Below, in pieces: positions 8,487 through 18,239 of a stretch of 30,922 nt of DNA. Made by a program: the position numbers and the translations under genes. The stretch spans positions 1 to 30,922 of the IMG/VR virus record IMGVR_UViG_3300010268_000085; one strand, written 5' to 3'. This stretch comes from a virus. Its lineage: Duplodnaviria > Caudoviricetes. The notes below the pieces were generated by a model. It saw nothing but the letters and a program-made list of their open reading frames with translations. It was not told where the DNA came from and made no database searches. Numbering within the stretch: the stretch's first letter is position 1; every line of letters starts with the position of its first letter.

Positions 8487-9227
8487 TTGCTTGCTATGAT
8501 TGACCCGCATACCAACGATATGATGGAATTTATGTCTAAGCACTTATATAATATGCTAACCCTTGGTCTTCACATGGGAAAAACCGTTGATGTTACAGGG
8601 CTTAGACGAATAGGTAAGACAACCGTTCTTACGAGATTTGCAAGAGAGCGCAATATACCGATAGTAGTGCCATTCATGACAACATATGATATGTATATAC
8701 GCAGAGGATATGATAATACACACTGGGTCGGTTCTACATCGTCCAGGCTTCGAACAATAAACTTATGCGTTGTTGAAGAACTTACAGATATAGACGAACT
8801 GCTAAACAACGGAGTATACGTCTTAACAGGATATTACACGAGAGTAGGCGATACACGCCAGCGCGACGACACAATAGATGTACGCACACAAAGTTTATAT
8901 AAATTTTTCAACAGACACCTGTATAAATTACTAGAAGAAGGATCCAGAACTCGCGAGTTAATACAAATGTCATGCTTCAAGCGCATAGGCAAAACAACAG
9001 CGCTTGTCCAGTTTGCTAAAGACCACAATATACCTGCGATTGTTGAAACCGATAGTGTTGCCAATAATATGCGTTTTCTATCGGGATACGATAAGATATT
9101 CTCTATTAATGAGATTGACAGTAAAATACGGTCGTGTGTCATAGACGAATATGTTAATGCGCATGATATAACTAGCATGGGTATAAAAGTAATAACTGGA
9201 TATTATACTGAGGTTCCACGTTGGTAA
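8487..9227 (+). CDS. Hypothetical protein with a tandemly duplicated P-loop-like domain
   Basis: Two ~115-aa repeats, each with RIGKTT, NIPxxV, CVV/IxE and TGYY. Confidence 0.65.
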   Translation: MLAMIDPHTNDMMEFMSKHLYNMLTLGLHMGKTVDVTGLRRIGKTTVLTRFARERNIPIVVPFMTTYDMYIRRGYDNTHWVGSTSSRLRTINLCVVEELTDIDELLNNGVYVLTGYYTRVGDTRQRDDTIDVRTQSLYKFFNRHLYKLLEEGSRTRELIQMSCFKRIGKTTALVQFAKDHNIPAIVETDSVANNMRFLSGYDKIFSINEIDSKIRSCVIDEYVNAHDITSMGIKVITGYYTEVPRW

Positions 9228-9234
9228 AATTTAC

Positions 9235-9263
9235 TTGACATTCGCTTTCATGTATGATAAAAT
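9235..9263 (+). promoter_or_regulatory. sigma-A promoter
   Basis: TTGACA-17 nt-TAAAAT with extended -10 TG. Confidence 0.75.
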
Positions 9264-9350
9264 ATAATACGTAAGGTACAGCGAAAAGCTGCCGGCGCAC
9301 GGCGTCGCATTTTTTAAAAAAAATATATACAGATAGAGTGAGGTTTCGGA

Positions 9351-10187
9351 ATGAGCCAGGATAGCAAATACTTTGGACGCACTTCTTTAATAGAAATTCT
9401 CCATGAACAGATAATAGAAAACAACAAACAAGAATCAGATAAACATGATCCATGTAAGTTTTACCCCTCTTCTGTAGGTAAGTGCCTAAGGGCAATAGTT
9501 TATCAGATGCAGGGATACGTTGGCGCACAGCCCGACGGAAGACTTCTACTTATCTGCGATAACGGAACATATTTTCACGAAAGAATAGAGAAGCTCTTTG
9601 AATCTACAGGACTTCTCATTGCAGCAGAAGTATCATTTAAAGTTCCCGAGTTAAGACTTTCCGGCAGAACTGATGCCATCATAAGGAATTTTCTTGACCA
9701 TAAGTCTTCCAGTAAAGTTATAAAACTATACAGAACAGTTAAAGAGATAAACGAGGAAACAGGCGAAGAGATTGAAAGAGACGAACTTGTTTACGAAGGC
9801 CCTGATAACGATGTGATAATCGTAGAGCTAAAGTCAATCAGCGACTCTGGCTTTAAGTACATAGAGCGTACAGGCCCCAAACAGGCTCATGTAATGCAGC
9901 TTATGCTCTATATGCATGTAACCGGCATAAAACAGGGGCTAATCCTCTATGAAAACAAGAACGACCAGAGGATGAAGGAGTTCTTTATAGGCTATGATCC
10001 CGAAATGGCAGAAAAGATCATGAATAAGATAAGGCTTGCAAATAAGCACGTAGACGAAGGAACGCTTCCTGAAAAGGAGTTCCAAAGGACTGACTTTGAA
10101 TGTATGTACTGCGAATATAAGGATCTGTGCTGGCCTATAAAGAGCAAAATTACAATCGAGGATATTATGCGTATAGAGGGCATATGA
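9351..10187 (+). CDS. Cas4-like/RecB-family PD-(D/E)XK exonuclease with Fe-S staple
   Basis: PSSVGKC, GTYFH, SGRTD, VELKS, QLMLYM, C-terminal CMYCEYKDLC. Confidence 0.85.
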   Translation: MSQDSKYFGRTSLIEILHEQIIENNKQESDKHDPCKFYPSSVGKCLRAIVYQMQGYVGAQPDGRLLLICDNGTYFHERIEKLFESTGLLIAAEVSFKVPELRLSGRTDAIIRNFLDHKSSSKVIKLYRTVKEINEETGEEIERDELVYEGPDNDVIIVELKSISDSGFKYIERTGPKQAHVMQLMLYMHVTGIKQGLILYENKNDQRMKEFFIGYDPEMAEKIMNKIRLANKHVDEGTLPEKEFQRTDFECMYCEYKDLCWPIKSKITIEDIMRIEGI

Positions 10188-10253
10188 CGCTGAGAAAATA
10201 ATGCGTCTTTTGAGCCCTGAAAGGCTCACTACGCTCTAATAGAGTAAAATTTT

Positions 10254-10288
10254 GGGCGGGACCCGGCAAATTAAGCCGAGTCCCGTCT
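10254..10288. terminator. Probable bidirectional intrinsic terminator between convergent gene blocks
   Basis: Stem-loop gggcgggacccggc-aaattaa-gccgagtcccgtct at the +/- strand switch. Confidence 0.7.
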
Positions 10289-10294
10289 TATTGT

Positions 10295-10615
10295 TTACAG
10301 GAATGTGGAGCTGTCGTCATAAATACTGCTATCAAATTTTGCAACCTTACCGGCCAGGACTTTAAGATCGCTCTCGCGTAGATTTGCATACCCGACGACG
10401 TTTGAGTCCTTATCACGTATTTCAATTAAATCATTGCTTGTCTTATACGGGCTAAATTCGCTGTCAGCTGTATACATGCCGCACATCCTGAAAATAACAT
10501 AACAGTCTTTGGATATGATTGTATACGTCGGTTCCTGGTCACTTGCAGTACTTATCATTGCAACCACATATTCTTTGCCATTATACTCAACAATCTGATC
10601 CAGATTCAAAGCCAT
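10295..10615 (-). CDS. Hypothetical protein
   Basis: 106-aa ORF with RBS AGGAGG. Confidence 0.6.
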   Translation of the reverse strand: MALNLDQIVEYNGKEYVVAMISTASDQEPTYTIISKDCYVIFRMCGMYTADSEFSPYKTSNDLIEIRDKDSNVVGYANLRESDLKVLAGKVAKFDSSIYDDSSTFL

Positions 10616-10631
10616 CCTTTATTCCTCCTAG

Positions 10632-12434
10632 TTAGTGTTTGCGCTTTCTTATCTTGCGTTTAGCAACGAGCTTCCTTACGAGATGGTTTGTGAGATTACT
10701 GAGGTATTCAGCTTCATCCTCTGTGTTCTCAATAATCTTTTCTGCTGTACTTTTCTTTTTGTATAATGTATCAAGGATTCGTTCGTCTAGGCTGTCCAGA
10801 GATATCAGATTAATCACGCTCACACTTTCATGCTTAGAATCAAGCCTGTGTATACGAGCATTCCTCTGATCCCATACAGCCGGATTCCATGGAAGGTCTA
10901 CGTTTATGGCAAGGCTTGCTTCAGGGAGATTTACGCCGTAGTTTGCACTGTCAGTGGCGACCAGGAAATTTATATTATCAGATGTCCTAAATGTGTGTAC
11001 GCTTTGTTGTTTCTCAATAGCGCTCATTTGCCCGTTTACAATGCATACGCCGCCAAGAGATTTTATTCTGTCAACTATTAACCTTTGCATGCGTTCAAAC
11101 TGGGTGAATATAACTGCTTTTCCGTCAGGGTTACTTTCCCTGAATTCGGATAGTATATTTACCAATTCATCAAGCTTTGGGCTTCTTTTATCAATCTCGT
11201 ATTTTTTGACATACTTCTGAGCAAGTTTCGACTCGCTCATTAGAAGCAGCTCTGGCGTATCACATACTTCCTGAAGCATTACAAACATACCAAGAATATT
11301 ATTTGCCCTGGGATGCTGCTTGATGATATTGCCATCTTCATCTCTTACTGTATACTTGCTCACTTCTTTAATAAGCTCATACAAGTCGTTTCTGATTTCC
11401 TCATGAAGCTGAGCCTGTTCTGAATACATCTCGACGTAATAGTTCTTTACAATCATGTCAGGAAGCTCGGGTGCGACGTCCCGCTTTAATCTTCTTAACA
11501 TATAAGGAGCTATTCTTCTGTGTAGTTCGTCGAGATTCTTATATCCCAGAATCATATTAGGCTGGCGGAACTTTTCACCTATTATCATATACCTGTTTCT
11601 GAACTTCCACCAGTCGCCAAGGATTTTTGGATCTACCCACCTGAATATATTAAACAGTTCTTCAGGTCTATTTTGCATGGGCGTTCCTGTGGCAGCCCAT
11701 TTATATTGTGCATCAAGCTGGATCACAGCTTTAAACGTCTTGGACTTAAAGTTCTTTATTCGATGGCTTTCATCAAGTGCAATGATATCCCATTTTATTT
11801 TTGACAATATATCTATGTCATTGCGTACAAGCTCATAGTTGATTATGGTGTAGAGTATATCGCCATTTTCTATTAGCTTATAAAGCTCTATACGTTCTTC
11901 CTTGTCGCCATCAATAACAGCATAAGAGATATCATACTCTTCTACGTCGAGGAATTTCTCTATTTCTTCTGCCCATTGGTACTTTAGTGTGGCTGGACAC
12001 ATAATAAGTGCCCTGTTGACCTTACCTTTGCGGTATAGCTTATATGCCGCGGCTATTATCTGCGATGTCTTGCCAAGCCCCATTTCATCTGCAAGCATAC
12101 ATCTTCCCATGTCGCATAGAAAGTTTATACCCACTATCTGAAACGGGTAAGGCTGCAACAGGAGCTCGTCCAGGAAAGACGTATCGGTGGATATCGTACG
12201 CGGTACAGTACGCACATTGTCTCTTAGTACCTCTTCCCAAACGAGCTCTTTTTTGTCGAATAACTTTTCCAAGCAGCCCTTCTCGGAAACGGGTATGGTC
12301 CAAAAGGAGGATTCTTCGAACTTCCTTCCTGGAATCGACTTAATCCTCGATATCACGCTTTTAAATTGCTCATTAGATAGATATGATTTAAGTCTTAACT
12401 CTATTCTATCTCCTACCTGTTTAGCAATTATCAA
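10632..12434 (-). CDS. SNF2-family helicase/translocase with N-terminal HARP-like domain
   Basis: LADEMGLGKT, DESH, ATGTPMQN, GVNL, PWNP..WDQRNARIHR. Confidence 0.93.
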   Translation of the reverse strand: MIIAKQVGDRIELRLKSYLSNEQFKSVISRIKSIPGRKFEESSFWTIPVSEKGCLEKLFDKKELVWEEVLRDNVRTVPRTISTDTSFLDELLLQPYPFQIVGINFLCDMGRCMLADEMGLGKTSQIIAAAYKLYRKGKVNRALIMCPATLKYQWAEEIEKFLDVEEYDISYAVIDGDKEERIELYKLIENGDILYTIINYELVRNDIDILSKIKWDIIALDESHRIKNFKSKTFKAVIQLDAQYKWAATGTPMQNRPEELFNIFRWVDPKILGDWWKFRNRYMIIGEKFRQPNMILGYKNLDELHRRIAPYMLRRLKRDVAPELPDMIVKNYYVEMYSEQAQLHEEIRNDLYELIKEVSKYTVRDEDGNIIKQHPRANNILGMFVMLQEVCDTPELLLMSESKLAQKYVKKYEIDKRSPKLDELVNILSEFRESNPDGKAVIFTQFERMQRLIVDRIKSLGGVCIVNGQMSAIEKQQSVHTFRTSDNINFLVATDSANYGVNLPEASLAINVDLPWNPAVWDQRNARIHRLDSKHESVSVINLISLDSLDERILDTLYKKKSTAEKIIENTEDEAEYLSNLTNHLVRKLVAKRKIRKRKH

Positions 12435-12439
12435 CTTAA

Positions 12440-12640
12440 CTATCTCCTTCTAATCCATGGTTCAGGTCCCATGGGCTCAGGTTTGTAATAGTCGGCGGTA
12501 AACTCCTTGTCCATTACTTTGCCAAGGTAGACTTCAAGTTCTTTGGTTTGTTCTATGCATTTCTTACCTGCTACTCCTTCGACGGCTACTTCCATTGTGC
12601 CGTCTTTTTTTATGGTAACCTTGATCTTTTCCTGTGCCAT
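12440..12640 (-). CDS. DUF2997-family protein
   Basis: IKVTIKKDGTMEVAVEGVAGKKCIEQTKELEVYLG...TADYY, in the usual context with DUF1257 and an AAA ATPase. Confidence 0.8.
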   Translation of the reverse strand: MAQEKIKVTIKKDGTMEVAVEGVAGKKCIEQTKELEVYLGKVMDKEFTADYYKPEPMGPEPWIRRR

Positions 12641-12911
12641 TTAAAACCTCTCTTTCTATATCAAGTACTTTTCTTAAACGACTGACGATGTCGGCGGTGT
12701 TAATTTCCATGCCAAGAGCTTTTCTTTTAAGCCTGCTGATACTTTCAGGTTCTGTGCCCTTGGCAAGTATGTCGTTGACGACTTTTTCAGGTATATCTAT
12801 GCCGTCAAATACCTGCCAGTATAGCAGGAGTAACAACTTGTAGTTCTTACGGGCAGCAGGGACCTGCTTTATCAAGTACGCTACCCGTTCTTCCTTAGTC
12901 TTTAGATCCAT
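12564..12911 (-). CDS. Hypothetical protein
   Basis: 115-aa ORF translationally coupled to its neighbours. Confidence 0.6.
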   Translation of the reverse strand: MDLKTKEERVAYLIKQVPAARKNYKLLLLLYWQVFDGIDIPEKVVNDILAKGTEPESISRLKRKALGMEINTADIVSRLRKVLDIEREVLNGTGKDQGYHKKRRHNGSSRRRSSR

Positions 12912-13288
12912 CTTGTACCGACTACTACCAAGTTGCCTTCCTCGTCAGTCTCATATGTGGGTGTATACCTGTTCCTTATCAGCCAATTTGTCACCTTATG
13001 TTTTCCGTGGAGCACATTGAGCTGTTCCTGGAATTCGGTTGTACTTATACCCGTTCCATAGAAATCAGCTTCAATCTTGAACGAGCCGTCTTCTTGTTCC
13101 TTGAAGCCTATATTCAATACATTTCCGTCCTTCTTAACTACCAGGTCGGTTTCCATTCGCCAGCTGAATGCACTCAAGGTGCGTCTTTCTTCGGATACTT
13201 CATAGCCCATTTCCTCAAGAGCTTTAATGAGGGCGTCCTTATCATCAATTCTTACATTAAGACGAGTCTTGTGTGACATACTACGCAT
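12902..13288 (-). CDS. DUF1257 (Ycf35-like) protein
   Basis: MSH...IDDKDALIKALEEMGY...IGFK...DGSFKIEADFY. Confidence 0.8.
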   Translation of the reverse strand: MRSMSHKTRLNVRIDDKDALIKALEEMGYEVSEERRTLSAFSWRMETDLVVKKDGNVLNIGFKEQEDGSFKIEADFYGTGISTTEFQEQLNVLHGKHKVTNWLIRNRYTPTYETDEEGNLVVVGTRWI

Positions 13289-13715
13289 CTTCTCCTTTCT
13301 CTTTCTTATATTTGTTGTAGATATTTGTTATGATTTGTTCTCTTAGCTGTTTTATCCGCTTGTATTTTCTGAGTGAGTCCGGGGCGAGCTTTGACTCGTC
13401 AATGTTATTTTCGATTAGTTCTATTAAGTTGCTTGCATATTCAGCAAATTGTTCAATTGGGGACATCATATAGTTGAACATCATAAGGTTTTGAACCTTT
13501 TCCTGGAAATCAAGGAAAGCGAGCCTTATCTGCTCAATTTCATCAAGTGCTTTTTCTACTGCAAACTTTTCTTCCTCTGACGAGAACTTCAAAGGCTTAT
13601 CAGGTACGCTTTTGTCGCTTTGCTGTGGCGTACTCTTTTTTCTTTCCTTGTCAACTTCCATATTGTCAAGTATATTATCTACTAACTTTTTGTATTTTTC
13701 AAGTTCGTCGGACAA
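13281..13715 (-). CDS. Hypothetical helical protein
   Basis: 144-aa ORF abutting the AAA gene. Confidence 0.55.
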   Translation of the reverse strand: MSDELEKYKKLVDNILDNMEVDKERKKSTPQQSDKSVPDKPLKFSSEEEKFAVEKALDEIEQIRLAFLDFQEKVQNLMMFNYMMSPIEQFAEYASNLIELIENNIDESKLAPDSLRKYKRIKQLREQIITNIYNKYKKEKGEDA

Positions 13716-15284
13716 TCATATTCCCCCTTTCGAGGACGCCATCTTGGCTCTGTTCTTTCTGCACCATTCTCTGATTTCGTTGATTTGGTCTTCCATTGTC
13801 TTTGACAAAGGAACAGTAGCTTTCATAGCGTTTATTATATCGAATGTAGAGATATCAACTCTTCCCATATACTCAGAATATACATCGTACAAAGCAGCCT
13901 CGATTGAAGCCTCAATGTCGGCACCTGAGAAACCTTCAGAACCCTGTGCAAGTTCATCCAGATCAAACTTTTCAGGGTCGCGGTTCCTCTTTTGCAGATG
14001 GATCCTAAAGATTTCCTTGCGTTCTTCCATAGATGGCAAGTCTACGAAGAATATATCATCAAACCTTCCTTTGCGGAGAAGTTCAGGAGGCAATTGCTTG
14101 ATGTCGTTTGCAGTAGCAACGACAAATACGTCGCTATTTTTCTCAGATAGCCAGGTAAGGAAGGTAGCGAAGCATCTTGCAAGCGTTCCGGCGTCAGAGA
14201 AGTTGCTAGAGCCTGTACCTGAAAATCCCTTTTCTATTTCGTCAATCCATAATACGCAAGGCTGAATGGCTTCTGCAACAGCAATCGCCTTACGCATATT
14301 TTCTTCCGAGCTTCCTACTATGCCCTGCATTACTCTGCCTACATCGAACCTTAAAAGCGGCATATCCCAGTAATTTGCTACTGCCTTACACATCAATGTC
14401 TTACCGCATCCAGGTACACCGAGCAATACTAGGCCCTTCGGTGCGGGAATACCGAATTCCCTGGCCTGTGGAGTAAATGCGTGCTTCCTTTTACGGATCC
14501 AGTCTTTGAGATTGTCCATGCCGCCGACTTCTTGCAGTTTATCGGTAGCTTCGTAGTACTCGAGTATATCGGATTTCTTTATGATCTGTTTTTTCTGTTC
14601 CAGGATTGCTTCTGGTTTGAGCCTTCCATGTTCAATATATGAAGCCATCAATGCATCTTCAATTTCATTGGCTGTAAGGCCCTTACAAGCTTTAATGATA
14701 TCGTCTTTTATATCCTGCAAATGAAGAACTTCCTTACCCTTGTCACGCATATAATCTATAATGCCGGTAACAATATCCGAAATCTCCTCTGGCGTCGGCA
14801 GGGTATAGTCTATTACTGTAGTGAGCTTTTCCATTTCGACAGGAATCTTAAGCACGGAAGAAATTATAATTACGGGGGTATACGATGACTTCAGTGTGGT
14901 AACAACATCCTTTAGCATACGTACCACGCCTGCGTCCTTTAAGAATGTGTGAAAATCATACAGTACGAAGATTGCGTCCTGGGAGCAATTCTGTATTACA
15001 TCGAGTATAGCAAGCGGGTTTTCTGACAGATCTCCTTTACTGAGTATAACTTCGTCATCGGGCTTTTTGGAAATAAAATACTTTGATTTTGTTGTTATCG
15101 TGCCGTGTATTGGCTTAACGCCCGATGCCATTGACCATGTACACAGCGGAAACTTGAGCGACTTTGCGATAGAACATACAGTATCAAGTACTCTTGTTTC
15201 CTCATGCGAAACCACGTATATAATATCATTCCTAGCCCCTATGGCGTTGGCCAGTTTGTGCAGATTGTTCATAGTTTTTGCCAA
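13716..15284 (-). CDS. AAA+ ATPase, Ycf46-like
   Basis: SHEETRV N-domain, VGGMDNLKDW, GVPGCGKT, WIDEIEK, ATANDI..LPPELLRKGRFD. Confidence 0.9.
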   Translation of the reverse strand: MAKTMNNLHKLANAIGARNDIIYVVSHEETRVLDTVCSIAKSLKFPLCTWSMASGVKPIHGTITTKSKYFISKKPDDEVILSKGDLSENPLAILDVIQNCSQDAIFVLYDFHTFLKDAGVVRMLKDVVTTLKSSYTPVIIISSVLKIPVEMEKLTTVIDYTLPTPEEISDIVTGIIDYMRDKGKEVLHLQDIKDDIIKACKGLTANEIEDALMASYIEHGRLKPEAILEQKKQIIKKSDILEYYEATDKLQEVGGMDNLKDWIRKRKHAFTPQAREFGIPAPKGLVLLGVPGCGKTLMCKAVANYWDMPLLRFDVGRVMQGIVGSSEENMRKAIAVAEAIQPCVLWIDEIEKGFSGTGSSNFSDAGTLARCFATFLTWLSEKNSDVFVVATANDIKQLPPELLRKGRFDDIFFVDLPSMEERKEIFRIHLQKRNRDPEKFDLDELAQGSEGFSGADIEASIEAALYDVYSEYMGRVDISTFDIINAMKATVPLSKTMEDQINEIREWCRKNRAKMASSKGGI

Positions 15285-16251
15285 CCTCGTCTACCTCCAT
15301 TGCCTTGTCGATCCTCTTGAAAGCGTGTTCCATGTACTGCTTGCTACATGAGCGAACCGCAGCTGTTTTTGAGAGCATTGATTCTATTCTGAAGTCGACT
15401 TTCTTAATTGGTATTATTAACTGCTTACTCTGTAGCAGTTCTGGATTGTCGTCAATAGGTATATACCACTGTTTCTGGCCCTTATCAATCCTAATAAACT
15501 TTAAGTCATTCGTATTGTTATCCATCTCAAACACATTGTTATCCATCTCAAACACAAGGCTGTCGGTGCTACTGGTAAGGGGTTTGCCTGTGAACTCGAT
15601 AGCGATATTTGCTTCTGGATCACTGTACACGAACTTTGCGTCGCGTAGCGTCCCAATAAGCTGATTATGAATATATTTCGGAATCTTTACAGAAATCTGT
15701 GTACTGGCAGGCGATTCTTTTCTTACAGACATGGTCAGCCCGGAAAATGCACCACTTACCGTGTCACCGTTATATATAAAGCCTTTTCCGTTACTCAGAA
15801 CATATTCCTTGCCTGCTCTTACATATAGTCCTCCTATGCCACGTACATTCAGTTTATGGCATAGTTTAACTATACAAGACTGCATTAACTGGTCAATTTC
15901 AGGGTGCTGCCACAGATATCTTTTTGGCTCCTGCATTACACACTCGGCCATTATTTCCTTAAACTTTTCCTTACTTATAGGTTCTTCTATGCGTACAGCA
16001 TTGTCGCCTCTTCCGTATAAGTCATCGTGTACATTTTTATCTGTTACGTACCGTCTTATAAATACGCAGAGTTTTAAAGTATCTGGATCGGATGTGGTGT
16101 CCTTAAACATTGAATCCGGCGTCATTGCCGCATAGTGAGTCAGGTCTATTACAGACAGCTCATACGATTCGTTTACCTTCATCCTCGCGCCGTCATAACA
16201 TGGGTAGCCCTCGAGCTTCTGCCAGTTTATATAGTATTTGTCCTTATCCAT
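15232..16251 (-). CDS. Hypothetical protein
   Basis: 339-aa ORF coupled to the upstream gene; contains an exact 7-aa tandem duplication. Confidence 0.6.
   Translation of the reverse strand: MDKDKYYINWQKLEGYPCYDGARMKVNESYELSVIDLTHYAAMTPDSMFKDTTSDPDTLKLCVFIRRYVTDKNVHDDLYGRGDNAVRIEEPISKEKFKEIMAECVMQEPKRYLWQHPEIDQLMQSCIVKLCHKLNVRGIGGLYVRAGKEYVLSNGKGFIYNGDTVSGAFSGLTMSVRKESPASTQISVKIPKYIHNQLIGTLRDAKFVYSDPEANIAIEFTGKPLTSSTDSLVFEMDNNVFEMDNNTNDLKFIRIDKGQKQWYIPIDDNPELLQSKQLIIPIKKVDFRIESMLSKTAAVRSCSKQYMEHAFKRIDKAMEVDEVGKNYEQSAQTGQRHRG
15514..15555. repeat. Exact 21-bp tandem duplication
   Basis: attgttatccatctcaaacac twice (VFEMDNN twice, in frame). Confidence 0.9.
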
Positions 16252-16825
16252 CCATATCTACTTCCTTGCCTATAACCCTTAGTGTGTCTTCTTCTGTCCA
16301 GAGTATTATTCTGCCTTCATCGAGCGATTTTTGCACATTAATCATTCTCTGATTAGATGATCCTATAAAATTGGGCTTTTTGCCTTTGGCGCCAATTGGT
16401 ACAATTGGCATAAGGAGCTCTTGTATAAACGGGCCATCTACGAGCATATCTATGTTCTCAAGAAGATCCTGTGCATACGGGAACAGATATGGCAATTCGT
16501 CTGCTGTGTACCCGGAATAGCAGACAATTACAAAGCCTTCGTCCCTTAATGCCTTAGCAAGATAGGATAATTCCTTTGCCTGGAGGAAAGGTTCCCCGCC
16601 GCCAAAGGTTACCCTTCTATAAGGGACGTTGCGTATGAAATCCCAATATAGCTCCTTAATAAAAACCCTTGTACCAGCATCGAAAGACTGAAGGTCTTTA
16701 TTAAAGCACCCCGGACAGCGCTTATAGCAGCCAGTAACAAAGAGTTCTGTAGAAATCCACGGTGCACACGTCTTTGAATGATATTCAACTGTATCTATGC
16801 GAAGCGTAAGATCTGGCAAGTTCAC
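16244..16825 (-). CDS. nrdG: NrdG-like radical SAM activating enzyme
   Basis: LFVTGCYKRCPGCFN, VTFGGGEPFLQ, YSGY, IDMLVDGPF, GSSNQR. Confidence 0.8.
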   Translation of the reverse strand: MNLPDLTLRIDTVEYHSKTCAPWISTELFVTGCYKRCPGCFNKDLQSFDAGTRVFIKELYWDFIRNVPYRRVTFGGGEPFLQAKELSYLAKALRDEGFVIVCYSGYTADELPYLFPYAQDLLENIDMLVDGPFIQELLMPIVPIGAKGKKPNFIGSSNQRMINVQKSLDEGRIILWTEEDTLRVIGKEVDMDG

Positions 16826-16862
16826 GGAATCCCCCCCCCTGCCTCCGGGTATTTAGAACGTA

Positions 16863-17771
16863 CTATACCACTTTATCGTCATTAGGATTATACCGTTCAA
16901 GTACTAATTTACCCTCTTGGACCTGCTTCATTATATTGCCATAGTCGTGATCTTTATGAACGCGGCCTATATGCGTCTTAAGGCCGTTTCTTCTATCGTC
17001 TTTTGGATCATAAACCTGTGGAAGCTTACATATGGGACAAAGAACCAATGGCACGCCTTTGCTTATAGCCTGTCTTACCTTATTCTCAAGATAGTGTTTC
17101 ATCAAAGTCTGCTTGCCCTTTTCTGTGCGACTCCATTTGCTTATCAGTTCCAGTCTATGCTTCTTGCTACATTTAGTACAATGATTCCCTCGCCATATTG
17201 TCACGCCGCATTTTAAGCACTGCCTTGAACTTGATGTATGCAGCTTAATACCATACTGTTTACATAAGGACATAATAGCATATTCACTTACATCAAAGTA
17301 CTCGGCAACTTCTTTCCGAGACAACTGTGATGCTGCGGCCCTGAGTTCATTGATATCTATATTTTGCGTATTAGATCTCTTCCTTTTTGTATAGACCTGA
17401 GGTCTTTGACGTTTAATTTCATGCAGTTTTTTATATTCCTTGCATATCTCCTGTGCCTGGTGTTTACTTATACCGAATATTTGCGATATTTCTTCCAATG
17501 ACAGTGGTACCTTTTCATTATACCTTAAGTGTCCTATCATTTCTATTCGATTCATGTTTACTTGTGTAATTTTTGATTCACGTTCCTTGTTCTTGGTTCT
17601 TGCTATCTTAATAAGCCTGTTGTGGCTCTTGTACCCATCTATTATAATATCAACATGTTTTTTGCTTAATTCTCTGCCGTATCTTTTTCTTATATTATTT
17701 GTTTCAAATTCAGGTTTTTCACCAAAGTGATACGTCAATATGGCACCAATTTGTGCTGGTGTAAACTTCAT
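16863..17771 (-). CDS. Multi-HTH / Zn-finger DNA-binding protein (start revised to MKFTPAQ)
   Basis: Two HTH-like segments (SLEEISQIFGIS; SRKEVAEYFDVS), CLKC...CTKC, CPIC...HIGRVH; RBS upstream of 17771. Confidence 0.6.
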   Translation of the reverse strand: MKFTPAQIGAILTYHFGEKPEFETNNIRKRYGRELSKKHVDIIIDGYKSHNRLIKIARTKNKERESKITQVNMNRIEMIGHLRYNEKVPLSLEEISQIFGISKHQAQEICKEYKKLHEIKRQRPQVYTKRKRSNTQNIDINELRAAASQLSRKEVAEYFDVSEYAIMSLCKQYGIKLHTSSSRQCLKCGVTIWRGNHCTKCSKKHRLELISKWSRTEKGKQTLMKHYLENKVRQAISKGVPLVLCPICKLPQVYDPKDDRRNGLKTHIGRVHKDHDYGNIMKQVQEGKLVLERYNPNDDKVV

Positions 17772-17872
17772 AGCAAACCTCACATCCCCTTTCCTTACAT
17801 TATATACTATACTTGAAAAATGGGGTATACGAAGATGCCCCAATGCAAATAAGAGGATCATATCAATACTTG

Positions 17873-18079
17873 TTACTTTTTCTTTTCTTCTATCTCGAGA
17901 TCATTTGTGAGAGGAGACTGCTTAACTATTACTACATCGTCCTCGTCTTCTTCATAGAAGTCAGTCAGTATGTTCTGCTCCATTGCAGCTCTCGCATTTT
18001 TTACTTTCGTATAGATCCTAAGATTTCTTTGAAGTTCTAAGTCTTCCATTATTCTACTCCCCCTGGTGACAGACGACAT
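17873..18079 (-). CDS. Hypothetical protein (start may be the internal Met of MEDLEL)
   Basis: Short acidic ORF in an operon context. Confidence 0.45.
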   Translation of the reverse strand: MSSVTRGSRIMEDLELQRNLRIYTKVKNARAAMEQNILTDFYEEDEDDVVIVKQSPLTNDLEIEEKKK

Positions 18080-18239
18080 ACCCGCATTTAAGGCATTTGT
18101 ATGCGTCCTTTATTTCATATATAGGACCAGGTATCATGGGATCTTCTTTGTTCTCCAAGAATACCGTGTACTCTATTTTCACAAACTTCACGCTATCGTT
18201 ACACGATGGGCATTTAAAAAATCTATTAATGAGTGCCAT
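18054..18239 (-). CDS. Small zinc-ribbon protein
   Basis: CPSC...CLKC; RBS GAGGAG. Confidence 0.6.
   Translation of the reverse strand: MALINRFFKCPSCNDSVKFVKIEYTVFLENKEDPMIPGPIYEIKDAYKCLKCGYVVCHQGE

Noticed and set aside
9351-10187. Cas4-like gene as evidence of a CRISPR-Cas locus
   Set aside because: No repeat-spacer array or other cas genes are visible, and solo Cas4-like exonucleases are common in phages.
13612-14265. Long antisense ORFs (this one, 19631-20263 and others) and the alternative-frame ORF 1044-1658
   Set aside because: They are shadow frames of well-supported genes and have no motifs of their own.
15514-15555. 21-bp tandem duplication as a functional repeat array
   Set aside because: Only two copies, in frame, consistent with a simple slippage event.
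16831-16839. C9 run (G9 on the minus strand) upstream of the nrdG-like gene as a phase-variation switch
   Set aside because: It is intergenic and simply serves as a G-rich RBS. A single sequence gives no evidence of length variation.
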